Positions 11,910-24,218 are shown, numbered from the stretch's first letter. The stretch: 64,000 nucleotides of DNA from Histomonas meleagridis 2922-C6/04-290x (GCA_020184695.1 JAANOX010000136.1:209611-273610); one strand, 5' to 3'. Numbers and translations: made by a program. The notes: a model not told the origin generated them from the letters alone.

Positions 11910-12109
11910 AAGCGAAATTATTTGATTAACTCGTCTTTTTTTATCAACACAAAAGAAATTAGATAAACATTGTTATAGAAGTTATTAACATTATTAAGTT
12001 TAAAACAATACTTGAAAAATTCTGTAAAAAAAGATAAATTTTCATTTCTTAAGCTCTCGTTTCGATAGCATCCTAATGTAATGAAAGTTCCCAAGTGAAT
12101 TTGTGGAAA

Positions 12110-12650
12110 AGTTTTTCATTACTTCTTGAACAAGAAGGAATTGATATTGAAGTTAAAGATATTGACTGATATTATTTGGAATTTATTTTAATAATTTTCT
12201 ATTTCAAAATAATATTCGAAAATTATTTAAAGTAATTTATACAACACTTATTTGAGTAACTAGAAAAGGTTATAGAGAAATAGTTGGATTACTTTTTGAG
12301 CAAAAAGGATTTAATGTTTATGTTAATTTTTATTATAATAATTTTATATTTTATTGGAAAATTTTTCAAATTTTTTGATACAACACTTATATTTGTAGCT
12401 CAAAATGGTAATATAGAAATAATTAAATTACTGTTTATTCAAAAAGGAATTGATGTATCAGCTATAAATGTTAATACATTTTGTTTGATATTAGATTATA
12501 TTATTTTTTCTTTCAAAATATATATATATATATATATATATTTCGAAATTGTTTAATTTATTTGAAACATCATTTTTTTATGCATCGAAGAAAAATAGTG
12601 AAATTTGTTCCTTAATTAAAGCCAAAATTTTCCCTCAGAATGTATTCACT
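12110..12650 (+). pseudogene. Decayed ankyrin array with intervening spacers (orphan fragment)
   Basis: Ankyrin segments (LLEQEGIDIEVKDI; TTLIFVAQNGNIEIIKLL) separated by the same spacer family as at 22.5 and 58.3 kb. One junction keeps the 83-nt spacing (12158 to 12241). Others carry a deletion, a stop and a (TA)n expansion. Confidence 0.7.
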
Positions 12651-12748
12651 AAATTTTAAAATATAATTGATATTTATTTTTATCAACTTTTTTTTAATAA
12701 TTATTCAAATACGTATATATATGATAGTTATTTTTATTTATATTCATA

Positions 12749-13774
12749 TTAGAATATAATGCATTCAACAGGTGGATCATCTGATTCCTCTCCCAAATCA
12801 TTTATTTGTCCAGCAAACAAAATCGCATTCGAACTCTGCTGTATAATGAAATAATGAAATGGTTTGTCTACTCTAATATAATAAATTGTTGGTGAAAAAA
12901 TGCTCAAACCAAATTTATACTCAGCTGAAGCTGCGGAAGCAACTGCACCTTTCTCATCAACATCAATTTTCGCAAACTGGTATGTGTGGGTAATGTTTGA
13001 GTCATTATATAATTTAAGTTCTTTAAGTTCTTGGTCAAAATCAAAAAATGAATCGATAGAAAACTTCGGCAAATATAATACGACTTTTTCAAATTTCATA
13101 TTAGAAATCAAAGATGAAAATGTCTCGGCGCTATACGTTGGAAAGTCTCCTATATGAACAAACATTTCATAATCTTTTTGAAAAGGAATGAGAACCATTT
13201 TTTTATCTTCTGATATCTTTAAACGACAATTAAGCTCCATCATATCAACAACAAGTTTTTTTGTCTTCCCATAGAAAACTTGCTTTATACTAGGTTTAAA
13301 TTGTTTTTTCCATTTCCCTTCGAAATGAAAAACATTAACGAGAAAATAATTTGTAAGTGGATCTAAGTCTTCATTGAGTATCTTGCAAATGTGTCCATGC
13401 GTTTTTTCCTTACAGTATTGATTTATAGTATCTTTAGATCCTGTTATTGATAAAGGTTGAATAGATCCATATTTTTTAATAAATTCAAGTGTTTCGGGTG
13501 AAATAACATTTTTATTATACCAAACTGAATTTGCTGATGAAATAATACCATCATCAAATTGAGGTAAAGGATCAGAGTTTGGTGGTAATTCAATGTAATT
13601 AAAAATTTCTTCACGAACATCTTCTGGTACAATCATTGAAACTAAGTGTAAAACACTAACTATTGAAAATGGAGAAAAAACATAATTTTGTTGATCAGGA
13701 AAATAACCTTTTGATAGCAAAGAAAAGTAATATTGGTTGATGGAATGAGCATATTTTGAAAGATTGTTACCCAT
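12749..13774 (-). CDS. Serpin (serine protease inhibitor family)
   Basis: Serpin motifs NYVFSPFSI, SANSVW, INQYCKEKTHGHI, LVNVFHFEGKW, LYLPKFSI, hinge/RCL DEKGAVASAAS and VDKPFHYFI...ILFAGQI. First ATG at 13774 (MGNNLS). Confidence 0.92.
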   Translation of the reverse strand: MGNNLSKYAHSINQYYFSLLSKGYFPDQQNYVFSPFSIVSVLHLVSMIVPEDVREEIFNYIELPPNSDPLPQFDDGIISSANSVWYNKNVISPETLEFIKKYGSIQPLSITGSKDTINQYCKEKTHGHICKILNEDLDPLTNYFLVNVFHFEGKWKKQFKPSIKQVFYGKTKKLVVDMMELNCRLKISEDKKMVLIPFQKDYEMFVHIGDFPTYSAETFSSLISNMKFEKVVLYLPKFSIDSFFDFDQELKELKLYNDSNITHTYQFAKIDVDEKGAVASAASAEYKFGLSIFSPTIYYIRVDKPFHYFIIQQSSNAILFAGQINDLGEESDDPPVECIIF

Positions 13775-14329
13775 TAAAAATGTGAAGTGAAGAGTGATCG
13801 AAACCGTTAACAATTAGGATGGGCAGAAAAATAAGTCATCACATTTCAAATACTTGACTTTTATTTTAAATTTTTCTGACTAAAAGTGCTTCTTTTGTGC
13901 AACCAAACAAAAAAGAAATCTGAATCGCCAAGATCAACTGTTACTATCAAATTTTGGATGGATGTGTGAGGCATATTTAAATAATTAAAAATAAGTGATT
14001 AACTTATGTCCAAATTCAAACTACCATATGGTATTCTTTCAAATACAGAAGAAGCTCTTTTGTATAGTCAAAACCATAAATGATATTTAACGATCTTTAA
14101 TCTTCCATTTCATATTCGGAAACAAGAAGGTTCAAAGAATTCATATTAAATATTTAGTAATAAAAAAATGAACTGTGATAAATTTTTTACTAAAGCAAAA
14201 TTAATTTTATTCATCTTTTTATTGGTTGCGTAATTTGATGATTTCTTCATGAATAAAACCATTACTTTTTGCTAGTGAAAGTGACGTTTCAAATTCTATA
14301 AATAATTTGAAACATTAAATTATCAGTAT

Positions 14330-14800
14330 AAAACAAATAAATATCTTTAGTATATCAGGAGAACAATTTTTAAACGCAATACGTAAGTTAGTGCTGTATC
14401 AAACAATAGAAATAAATTTCAAATATTGTTTTAAAATAAATCATATTATTAAACATTTAAATAAGAAAAGATATATCCTTGAAATTTACTTATATATTTT
14501 TTTGTTCAATTAAGAGTTTTATTATTTCATTGTGCCTTTGAATAAAATTTTTGACAATATATAATTTTCCACATTTTGCTGCTTCATTAATATATGCATT
14601 AATTTTCATTCCTTTTTCAAGCAAAAATGACAAAAGTTCATTATATTTATATTACAATACATTCTTTCCCTATATCTTCTAAAATATTATCTTCATTCAA
14701 GTAAAAAAGAATCATTTCGATGAAATTCAACTGCTGCTTCAAACGATGCATGATTTTTGAACAAATGAACAATTTCAATGTCTCCACCGTAAATAAACCA
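14330..14800 (-). pseudogene. DUF3447/ankyrin gene remnant
   Basis: Minus-strand fragments GGDIEIVHLFKNHASFEAAVEFHRND, EKGMKIN..INEAAK and spacer+TAL (ACAGCA starting at 14397) match the intact paralogues in the window. Multiple stops and deletions. Confidence 0.6.
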
Positions 14801-15198
14801 TAAACCATAAATTTTGAAATTGAACAATGATTATTATTATATTTTGATTCTTTTCAGCTGTTTGCATGGTGGTCCAAAAGTCTTTACATCTCACTTTTTC
14901 ACAACAGCAAAAAAAAATATTTTAATAAACATTTATATTATCTATATCGATATTTTATCTTATATGAGTTATATACATTTAAAATTTTATACATTATTTT
15001 TTTTTTCTCTAAAATGAAATCAGAAATTCGAACTAGTATTTCATCATTACTTTCTTCATGGATTACCAGTTGAAGATACATATAATGAAATGATCATCGC
15101 TTGTTAACTTTTCAAATATTAGTACATAAATAAAAAACATTTTTTATTCGCATATTTACTATTTTTATTAAAAACTTTTGCTCACAAAAACAATTTTT

Positions 15199-16077
15199 TT
15201 ATTCATTAATGGATTCCATTAAAACGCCTTTGTTTGGAGAAATTAGCATTTGCTTGAGCGGGTCATCGGGATAAATCCATTTGATCATCCAATCGATTAC
15301 TTCTTGGACTAATGCCGATATGATTGTGTATAAAAAACTCAAACCTGTCGCGGCTTGTCTTATTTGTCGCGTTCCTCTTCGCCCCGTAGCAAAGCCTATA
15401 ACCAAAAGAATGGAAAGAATTGATAGCACAACGAAAAGAGTTATGAAATGACCCAATGCAATTTTGAACCTTTTTACTTCCTTTTGATATGCGGAGCTCT
15501 TAAACACAATTCTGAAGAAGAGTAAAACATGAATGAAAACATAGCCAATCCACATCAAATAAAATATAATTGTGTATGCCAAAAGAATGTTATTTTCCTC
15601 ACTTTTACTGCTTCCACTGGTATCATTTTTTTGCGTGTATTGAATAGAATATATGAGTATGTATATACCTAATGCAAGAACAGGTGATACAAAAAACCAT
15701 GGAGTTGGAACTGGCTTTTTTTCGGATTGCGTGAAGTTGACAAAGTCATGAAATGAAAAACCAAGGCACATAATAGTGACGGTAATTGTCATTTGCGCTA
15801 ATGGTTCAGATAAGGGATTGAATTCTTTTGCTTCTCCTTGCATTTGTTTTTGCATTTTTGAGTAGAAAAAATAACTAATTATAGGTTGATATAGAAAAAG
15901 AGTGTGGCAGATAAAAGTTAACCTGTAAAGAAAACGACTCCAATAAAACTTAATTTGAGTATATCCATCAATTCTTGCAGTTGTAATGCACCTAAAGATT
16001 CCATATATTGTAATTAATATTGTGATCACCAGCATTATATAAGCAACATTTTCTGGGTCTAGTTTCGTGGGCGGCAT
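15199..16077 (-). CDS. Multi-pass membrane protein with about 7 hydrophobic segments (7TM, GPCR-like topology)
   Basis: Intact 292-aa ORF from ATG with about seven 18-24-residue hydrophobic stretches. No family motif recognised. Confidence 0.6.
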   Translation of the reverse strand: MPPTKLDPENVAYIMLVITILITIYGIFRCITTARIDGYTQIKFYWSRFLYRLTFICHTLFLYQPIISYFFYSKMQKQMQGEAKEFNPLSEPLAQMTITVTIMCLGFSFHDFVNFTQSEKKPVPTPWFFVSPVLALGIYILIYSIQYTQKNDTSGSSKSEENNILLAYTIIFYLMWIGYVFIHVLLFFRIVFKSSAYQKEVKRFKIALGHFITLFVVLSILSILLVIGFATGRRGTRQIRQAATGLSFLYTIISALVQEVIDWMIKWIYPDDPLKQMLISPNKGVLMESINE

Positions 16078-16481
16078 TTGTTTGTCAAAACCGTTAAATT
16101 ACCAACCAAGGACACTTTTCTCATTTACTGCTGAATTTTTATTACGGAACAAGTTCTTTTTTTCGGAATAAATCTTATTCCAGAAAAAGTACTTTTTTCT
16201 AAATATGTCACTTTTAGCGATAAACATCGACTTTTTCCAGAACAAAATCTTTTTCTGAAAAATATCTTTTTATTTCAATTTTCTGAACTTATCTGGCTGA
16301 GGCCCCTTTTTTCATGTCGTGAATATTTTTCAAATCAAGCTTTTAAATTTGTTCAAATTATTCATCATAATTAAGGTACTATAGGGCGCTTGCCCATCCC
16401 TACATATTGTATTGGGTTTACTTAATGAACAAAAATTATTAAATTAAAACAAGTTTATTTATACTTAAACATTTAATTATT

Positions 16482-17765
16482 TTACTTTTTACATTTTACA
16501 ATTGGTCTTGATGTTTGTGTTCTCCTTATTGTTAGTGGAGATTTCTGTATTGAATCCATATTTAATTGTTCTACTTGAGAAGTATTTATAAAACTTCTTT
16601 CAGTTCTTCTTGCCGTCAAAGGCCTCTTTCTAATTTCTTGTTCTATTTCATCATTATTAATATTAATTTTAAAACCTGTTGAAACTCTTTGTACATGTTT
16701 ACCACACGCAAGACATTTATGATCTGTAGCAGATGAAGTTGATTCTCCATAAGCGATTTCTTGTAATTGATTTGCTAATTCATTAAAATTGTCTTTGAGA
16801 ATTATCGAATCCTTTTTCGAATGATAATCAGCGATATCACTTGAAATCGAATTAAAAACATTTTTTGTTTCCGATCGAAATTGTTCGAATTCATTTGAGT
16901 TTGCTTTATGTGAAAGTGAATTATGTAATTGACAAAGATAATAATGAAGTTCTTTAATTACATTTTGAGAATATGGAATAGTCTTAGTAAAATACTCAAA
17001 ATAATCTATGATTGATGTAATTTGTGGATATTGTGGAAAACGTGGTGATTGACTAACATTATATGATGCATTTTTAATAAATTGTGGAAGATTTTTTTGC
17101 TTTATTGGTAAAAGTTTGTAGAAAATGGTTTTGAATTTTTTGAGCTTTTGTGAAAAAGTGGTACATTCTTTTTGAATCGAATCCATTCGTTTCGATTGTG
17201 ACTCAGTTATAGATTTAACAAAATATGGTGCATTTTTCCTGTTAATAATATTTGGAGTTATTTGATTTGACATATTGACGGAAATTTGTATAACTGTGTC
17301 TTTTAAAGCTTTGAGCTTTTTATTAGTTTTGTCTAAACTTGACTTGATGTCAGTCACCGAATTCATGGCTTCTTTGGCAACAATGGGATCAAATTCAAGC
17401 ATTTCAATTTGACCTCGTATGGCAGCATTAACTGAAAACAACATTTCGTTGGTTTTCTTTTGAATAAGTTGCTCAATGTGGCTTTTCCTTTCATCTAATG
17501 AATCTGAAAAATCATCGAGCTTTTGATAAAATAATGTAGAGGATTGACTGTGTTTATTTTCCATTTCTTTCACTTTATTAGAAAGCTGTGTGAATTCCTC
17601 TAATGACGGTCTTCTTTTTAATTCTTCTTTCAAATCTTGAATTTCTTTGCTTTGTTCTTGAATTTGTTCTGATAATTTTTTAAATATTTCTTGGACGAGA
17701 AGGTCATCCACTTGGATTGAGAAAAGAGGCTTTCCAAACCTGAAATCATTGTTAGGTTCGCCCAT
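16482..17765 (-). CDS. Coiled-coil hypothetical protein with C-terminal CxxC motif
   Basis: First ATG at 17765 (MGEPNN). Heptad-rich E/K/Q segments and HKCLACGK near the C-terminus. Confidence 0.6.
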   Translation of the reverse strand: MGEPNNDFRFGKPLFSIQVDDLLVQEIFKKLSEQIQEQSKEIQDLKEELKRRPSLEEFTQLSNKVKEMENKHSQSSTLFYQKLDDFSDSLDERKSHIEQLIQKKTNEMLFSVNAAIRGQIEMLEFDPIVAKEAMNSVTDIKSSLDKTNKKLKALKDTVIQISVNMSNQITPNIINRKNAPYFVKSITESQSKRMDSIQKECTTFSQKLKKFKTIFYKLLPIKQKNLPQFIKNASYNVSQSPRFPQYPQITSIIDYFEYFTKTIPYSQNVIKELHYYLCQLHNSLSHKANSNEFEQFRSETKNVFNSISSDIADYHSKKDSIILKDNFNELANQLQEIAYGESTSSATDHKCLACGKHVQRVSTGFKININNDEIEQEIRKRPLTARRTERSFINTSQVEQLNMDSIQKSPLTIRRTQTSRPIVKCKK

Positions 17766-18042
17766 TTTTTTATTAACGTATTTTTTAGGAAATTCATCCA
17801 AGGATCAAGAAAAAATCCAATAAACCCAAAAATAAGAAGTAATATGTAAAATATCATCAAATTTAATGTTTTTCAAAATGCATTCAGATTTGTTTAATGA
17901 ATACTTTCTAAATTATTTTTACATTTACTTCAATTATTTTTTCTAATTTAACTAAGAAAAATATTAAAATTACATTAAATATAAAACGTGTTTATTAAAT
18001 AATTTGATAAATTTCACAATCAACTTAATTTAAATTATAGGT

Positions 18043-19300
18043 TTAAATATATCCGAATTTTCGTCTTTCATTTTCCTTGAAATCATTTGCAAATGGATCT
18101 TCTTCAACATCCCATAATGCATTATTATCGAATTCAATTGTTTTTATTTCATTTTCACTTTCCTTTATGCTACTTATTTCTTTTGACTCATTAGTATCAT
18201 TTTTATTTCGAATATGAACTAAAACAGCATAATAATGTTAATGAATGGATTACAGAAAACATAATTGAAAATGTCACGTCACTTAAATGTGATGATAGCA
18301 TGAATGTATTTGATTGTGTATATGTATTACTTTGCGAATAAGTATTTGATTGAGAAAATGTATTTGATTGTGAATATGTATTACTTTGTGAATATGTGTT
18401 TGATTGAGAAAATGTATTTGATTGTGAATAAGTATTTGATTGCGAAAATGTATTACTTTGTGTAAAAGTTCTGGTGATAATTGGATCACAGCCATCAAGT
18501 GTTGAACCTCTTATCGCACTTAATAAATTAAATGAATTTGATTCATATTCATTTAATACCATTATTGAATTTGCTAAACAACAAGTAAAAGTCATTAAAA
18601 ATACAAATTAGTTGGAGTTTTTTCACCATAAAAATAAATACATTTTAGATTGGAACAAGAACCAAATGCTTCTCTTTGAATTGTTGTTACCTTTTCACCA
18701 ATGACAACTGTAACTAAATTGTAATCATAATAAAATGCTTGAATATTAATCGTTGTAACTGAATTTGGTATTATAATATCGCTAAACGCATAACATTCGC
18801 AGAATGCTAATTCTTAAATTGTCAAAACTGAAATAGGAATCACAACATTATTTAATCTTTGGCAAAACATAAATGCTCCTTCTTCAATTATTTCCAAATT
18901 TTCACTAATGATAACCGATAATAAATTTGAACAATAATAAAATACTGAGATTCCAATTGATAAAACAGAATTTGGCAATATTATAGCACTTAATTCATAA
19001 CAGTAAGAAAACGCATTCGCACCAATTGTTGTAATCGAATTTGGCAATATTATATCATCTAATTTTTCGCATGAGGAAAATGCTCTATCCCCAATTATTG
19101 TTACTGAAGATCCTATGGTAACAATTCTTTCCATTGATTAAAAGCATCTTCTGGAATTTTAGTAATTTCATTACCAATAATAACATAAATAGCCTCATTT
19201 TTGTGATCATCGTTAAAATCACTGGAATGATTTATAGTTTAAGTACCTGATTCGAATTGTTGAAGAGCATGTGTAAAGAAAGTTACAAGAATTAGGGATG
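18043..19300 (-). pseudogene. BspA: BspA-like (TpLRR) surface protein pseudogene
   Basis: TpLRR repeats (IILPNSITTIGANAFSYC), a S/T/Q/N stalk and a C-terminal EEDPFANDFKE like the paralogue at 27714. In-frame stops at about 19239 and 18814, frameshifts, and most of the TM helix deleted. Confidence 0.8.
18302..18463 (-). repeat. 18-bp coding tandem repeat x9 ([S/T]QSNT[F/Y] stalk)
   Basis: Nine hexapeptide units in ORF 18203..18595. A related TFTxSNxF stalk occurs in the BspA at about 28.2-28.3 kb. Confidence 0.85.
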
Positions 19301-19784
19301 GAACAAATTTACTTGTTATATTCCGTTCAACTATTAAAAATTTTATATTATAACTTTTATTTCGAGTTAGATACCAAATTATTTCAATTGTAACTAAAAC
19401 TATTAAAATGATTACACGAAAGTCATAGAATATCGAAGAAAGATTAAAAAATAGATTGTCTTTTTTATTCCCAAAAAAACGATATGAGACAAATTGTAAA
19501 TATAAATAATTAATATGATCTGATTCATCTATTTTCTTCAAATAAATATTACTGCAAGAATAATTTAGATTACATTTTGGAGTATTAACATATAATACTT
19601 CAAATTTCTCCTTATCTATCAATTTGTCATTTGTGTAGGTCTCACGACATATAAAATTGAGAAAATGCTCTATGTTTAGGATATATGATCTTATAAATGT
19701 TTGATTACTCATTGCATAAATTGAATGCTCTGATGTAGCAAAAGAAGAAAAAATGATGATTAGAGGATATAAAATGGGAGCCAT
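19239..19784 (-). CDS. Hypothetical membrane protein ORF; its 3' end runs in frame into the BspA remnant N-terminus
   Basis: 181-aa ORF with hydrophobic segments. After its TAA the same frame continues TINHSSDFNDDHKNEAIYVIGNEITKIPEDAF (BspA N-terminal type). May be a fusion of decayed genes. Confidence 0.3.
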   Translation of the reverse strand: MAPILYPLIIIFSSFATSEHSIYAMSNQTFIRSYILNIEHFLNFICRETYTNDKLIDKEKFEVLYVNTPKCNLNYSCSNIYLKKIDESDHINYLYLQFVSYRFFGNKKDNLFFNLSSIFYDFRVIILIVLVTIEIIWYLTRNKSYNIKFLIVERNITSKFVPSLILVTFFTHALQQFESGT

Positions 19785-21297
19785 AGTCCAGATTATGGAA
19801 ATCAGTAAATATGAGATTTAGAAAAAATACAATAAGCTCGGTGGTTACATTTCTACAACCAACATTGTGTTGATTTTGATTGTCTGACGCTTTTTGAATC
19901 ATACATACTATTTTTTCTGAAATATTTCTTAATAATATTGTTTTGTCAATAGAATATTTTGGAGGAATCAATTGAAAACTTATTGCTGTCTTTTGACAGC
20001 AGTTGTCATGAGGTTACCTGACAAACGCTCAAAAGAATCGATGAATCGTAACACAAACGACTGAATTTATCGCTTAATATATCATCTCAGATCTTTAATG
20101 AGCAGACAGTTATTTTTGTGAATGCAGGATTGAATATATCCAACAAACAATTTCTTGGAATTCATACAAATATAAAAGTATTTATTTCACCAGAAACGAC
20201 ACAAAATAAAATTTTTTACTCTAAACAATATTTTTAACTCTGCGAATGAAACTATTGTTGTTTCTTAACAGAAGATTTTAAACCATTCAGAGCTCCTCTA
20301 TGAGGACATTGGCTTGTTTCTCTCAACTCCACAACTTACACACTCTGAATCAAACAATACACAGTAATCCACCTTAGTGATTTCCCTTCGGTAAGCATGG
20401 TTGAATAAATAGTTATTAATAATTTTGTTATTAATTAAAAATGTTGTTAAACACTTTTACAGATAAAATATATGAGATGAAATACTTGAATTTGTGTATA
20501 ATGAAGCGCTATCTGATAAAAGTTTTATCTATTAAAAAAAATCAGATTAAAATCCTGAGACCAATTGAGATCAAAATTAAAATAGTTTTTAGGAAAATTG
20601 ATGCCTTTGATTGCAAACACACCTTTTATATAATTTTAAAATATAATATCACTAATGATTACGGAAATTTTATTATTTAAAATTCTTGTCATTTTTATCA
20701 GCTGATGTGAAAAATTTATGAGGTTATATAAATCGAATTATGAACAATTTTTTTTGGTAAGGGGTTGATAACAAACTACTCAATTAATTCTCGTCACTTT
20801 TTATCTGCTCCCAAAAAATTTCAAAAATCATTCAAAAAGCCTTTTTGACAAAAATAACGAATTGAGACTGAAAGGCTAATGATTATATTCATTGGGATTT
20901 CTTCCATATTACCTTTAAATATTGTCCATTTCAATCAAATTGATAGAAGGAAATGGAAGATCCGACCAAATATATATTGAATTTTAAAAAAAACAATATC
21001 TTAAATTTTAGTCGGTAAAAGTTTATTTAATTGTTAAACTTCATTGAAGTAAGTATGTAAATGATCATTTTAGAATTAAAAAAAATCGGAGGAGGGAATT
21101 TCTCAAAAAAATGAGATGAATTTTTCAATGTAAAGTATTCAAACAGACCACTTTTACAATTGTTTTTAATCATTAATTTCACTTTTTGAGTTTGTTTTTA
21201 TCGTCGCGTGTTCAACGTTTATTTCCTGTCATTTTTTTCATATGCGTGTAGAGCAAAAACATTCAACAAAAATAGTTTCATTCGACAAAACTAAAAG

Positions 21298-23878
21298 ATG
21301 TGTACAAATATTAAAGAAACTTTGGGGAATAATTTTCAATCTAAATGAAATAATATTTTAGAATCGGCTGAATTTACAGTCAACTGCATTGATCAAGAAT
21401 TTTCATATTCATTTAACTTTATTATTTGTAAGATTGTATATTCATACTTTGTTGCAAGAGGCAATGATAAATTGTGTTTTGAGTATTTAAAACAACTTGA
21501 AATTAAAGAAAACAAAAACATTATCATTATTTTCTTGAAAATAATCAGTTTTATAGATACAAATCAATCATATTCTCTTCTCAAAAAATTTTTATCTACA
21601 TTTATTAATCCAAATAAATATAAAGAAAAATCATTACAATTTATTTATAGTATGTTTGAAAAAAAAAGAGATTATATTGAATATTTTCAGTTCAAAGAAT
21701 TTTTAGAAAATTTCCAAACATCATTTGATGGCGAAGAAATTAATGGAATATTGGCTTGTTATAAATATCTAAAGGGAAATGAAATTCTTGAATACATATT
21801 TGGAGATTATTTGGGGTTTGATAAAGATTGGGATTATCATCAAAAATTAATTAAAGATGAAGTTAATCCAAATGTAATTGCAAAAATAATTAGAAATGAT
21901 AAATTAGAAAAACTTCAAAACATAGCATCACAGACAAAATTTAATTTTAATCAATTTATTGAACCATCGCTTTATGAAAGATGTGATTTTATTAATGAAG
22001 ATAAAGTTACATTAATTGATTATTCAGCATTTTTTTCTTCTGTTAAATGTTTTAAATATTTACTTATGAATGGGGCCAATGTTGAAAAAACAGGCAAATA
22101 TGCTATTGCAGGTGGAAATTTAGAAATCATTCATTTATGTGAACAAAATCATTCAACATTTGAAGGTGGATATGAAGCAGCAATCGAATATCATCGAAAT
22201 GATATCTTTAAATATTTTTATAAAAACAACACTCTTGAAATTGGCTGTCTCGAAGAATTAGGGGTACTATGTATTTTCCATAATAATTATCAAATTTTAT
22301 TGTTTTTAATTGAAGAAGACTTACAAATTGATAATTCTCTCATTATTACATCAATAGAAACAGGCAACTTATTAATTGCTCAATGTTTTCTTGAAAAAAA
22401 TCCAATTTCAATAAACTTTTTTGATATATCACCTTTTTATTGGAATAAAGAACTATTTAGTTTTCTTATTAATAACAAATTTATGGATCCTACCAAAAAA
22501 AACGTAAATAGACTTTATTTAATATTTAATTCTATGATTTGATATCTTAAAAAAAAAATTGGAATTTAATCAAATGATTTGATACATTACTTATTTATGT
22601 GTCCGAAAAAGGAAATATAGAAATAATTAAATTACTCCTTAACCAAAAAGGAAATGACATAAATGCTAAAAACATATATTTATTTTGTTTAAAAATTATT
22701 TTAATTATTTTATATTTCAAAATAATGTTTGGAAATTATTTAAATTATTTAATACAGCACTTATCTTAGCATCTTCTAATGGTAATATAGAAATGGTTAA
22801 ATTGCTTCTTGAACAAGAAGGAATTGATATTAATGCTAAAAATATTTATTTGTTTTATTTCAAATTTGTTTTAATAATTTTATATTTCAAAATAATATTT
22901 GGAAATTATTTAAATTATATGATACAGCACTTATTTGGGCATCTGAAAAAGGTCATACAGAAATAGTTAAATTACTTCTTGAACAAAAAGGAATTGATAT
23001 TAATGCCCAAGGTATATATTTGTATTACTTAAAATTCTCTGTAATGTTTTTATGTTTCAAAAATATTTATGGTAATTACAAAAGTTATTTGGCACGGCAA
23101 TATATTTAGCTTCTTTACGTGGTCAAACTGAAATGGTGGAGTTATACCTGAAGCGAAAAGAACTTAATTTCAATTTTAATTGTTTTTATTAGTATATATT
23201 GAGGATTGTATAAATTATTTAGTATTTAAAAAGAGAATTTGGCATTTAATCAAATGATTTCATCAAATGTTTTTAATAGGAACTTTAAATGGTTATACTG
23301 AAATAGTTAAATTACTTATTGAGAAAGAAGGAATAAATGCTAATGTTAAAGATATTTATTAATTTTCCTTGGTATTTATATTAACAATTTTATGTTTTAA
23401 AATAATATTAGGAAATTATTAAAAATATTTGAAACAGCACTTATGAGAGCATGTTTAAATGATCATGTTGAAATCATTAAATTTCTTCTTGAACAAAAAG
23501 GAATTGATATCAATGCACAAGATATTCAAACGTTTTACTTAATATTTAATTTGACAAAATACTGTTTTATAATAATGTTTGGAAATTATTTTAATTAACT
23601 GAAACAGCACTTATGAAAGCATCACAATATGGTCGAAAACAAGCTGTTAAATTACTTCTTGGAAAAGAAGGAATTGACATTAATATAAAAAATATTTATC
23701 TAATTTATTTAATATCTGTTTTAGTTATTTTATATTTCAAAAAGACATTTGGGAGTTATTTAAGCTGCATGAAACAGCACTCACAAAAGCATCTTCAGAA
23801 GGCTACACAGAAATTGTCAAAAAAATTCATAAATTCGAAATGAACCACCCCAATGATAAAAAGTGCCATTTCTTCTAA
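21298..23878 (+). CDS. DUF3447 + ankyrin-array gene (locus A): main exon-like ORF 21472..22542 plus 8 ankyrin units split by intervening sequences; 5' end disrupted
   Basis: DUF3447-type core (IEPSLYERCDF...LIDYSAFFSSVKCFKYLLMNGA...YAIAGGNLEIIHLCEQ). Ankyrin first codons at 22584, 22754, 22924, 23094, 23264, 23434, 23604 and 23774 (170-nt period), final stop at 23876-23878. An in-frame TGA at 21346 follows ATG 21298. Confidence 0.75.
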
Positions 23879-24218
23879 ACGGAGCGACAACTTCAATAAT
23901 GAGGAAGAACGAAAAAAAATTAAAAAATAAAGCAAAAAAGATACAAATCTGAATACATTGGCGATCATCTGAAAAAAATATATGACTAATTTATTAGCAC
24001 AAAATGAACGATAAGATCGAATAATAAAATATAAATTTTAATTATATTATGCCATATATATTAATAAAATAATCACGATATTTCTATTGAGTTATGTAAA
24101 AATATATTATGAAATTTTCAAGATATTTTTGTAATGTGCAAAAATACTTTCAATACATATCTGGTCGGACGGCGTGAGAAATTGATAATTTTCTGTATGG
24201 TCAGATAAACCCGCCGAA

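Noticed and set aside
22501-23878. Translational bypassing with matched TTT take-off and landing codons, or a canonical or RT..AR spliceosomal intron
   Set aside because: The landing codon at -6 varies (TTT, ATT, CTT, TAT, ACT, CAT). GT and AG occur only sporadically and not together. TGA at -9 in two units blocks the 71-nt RT..AR option.
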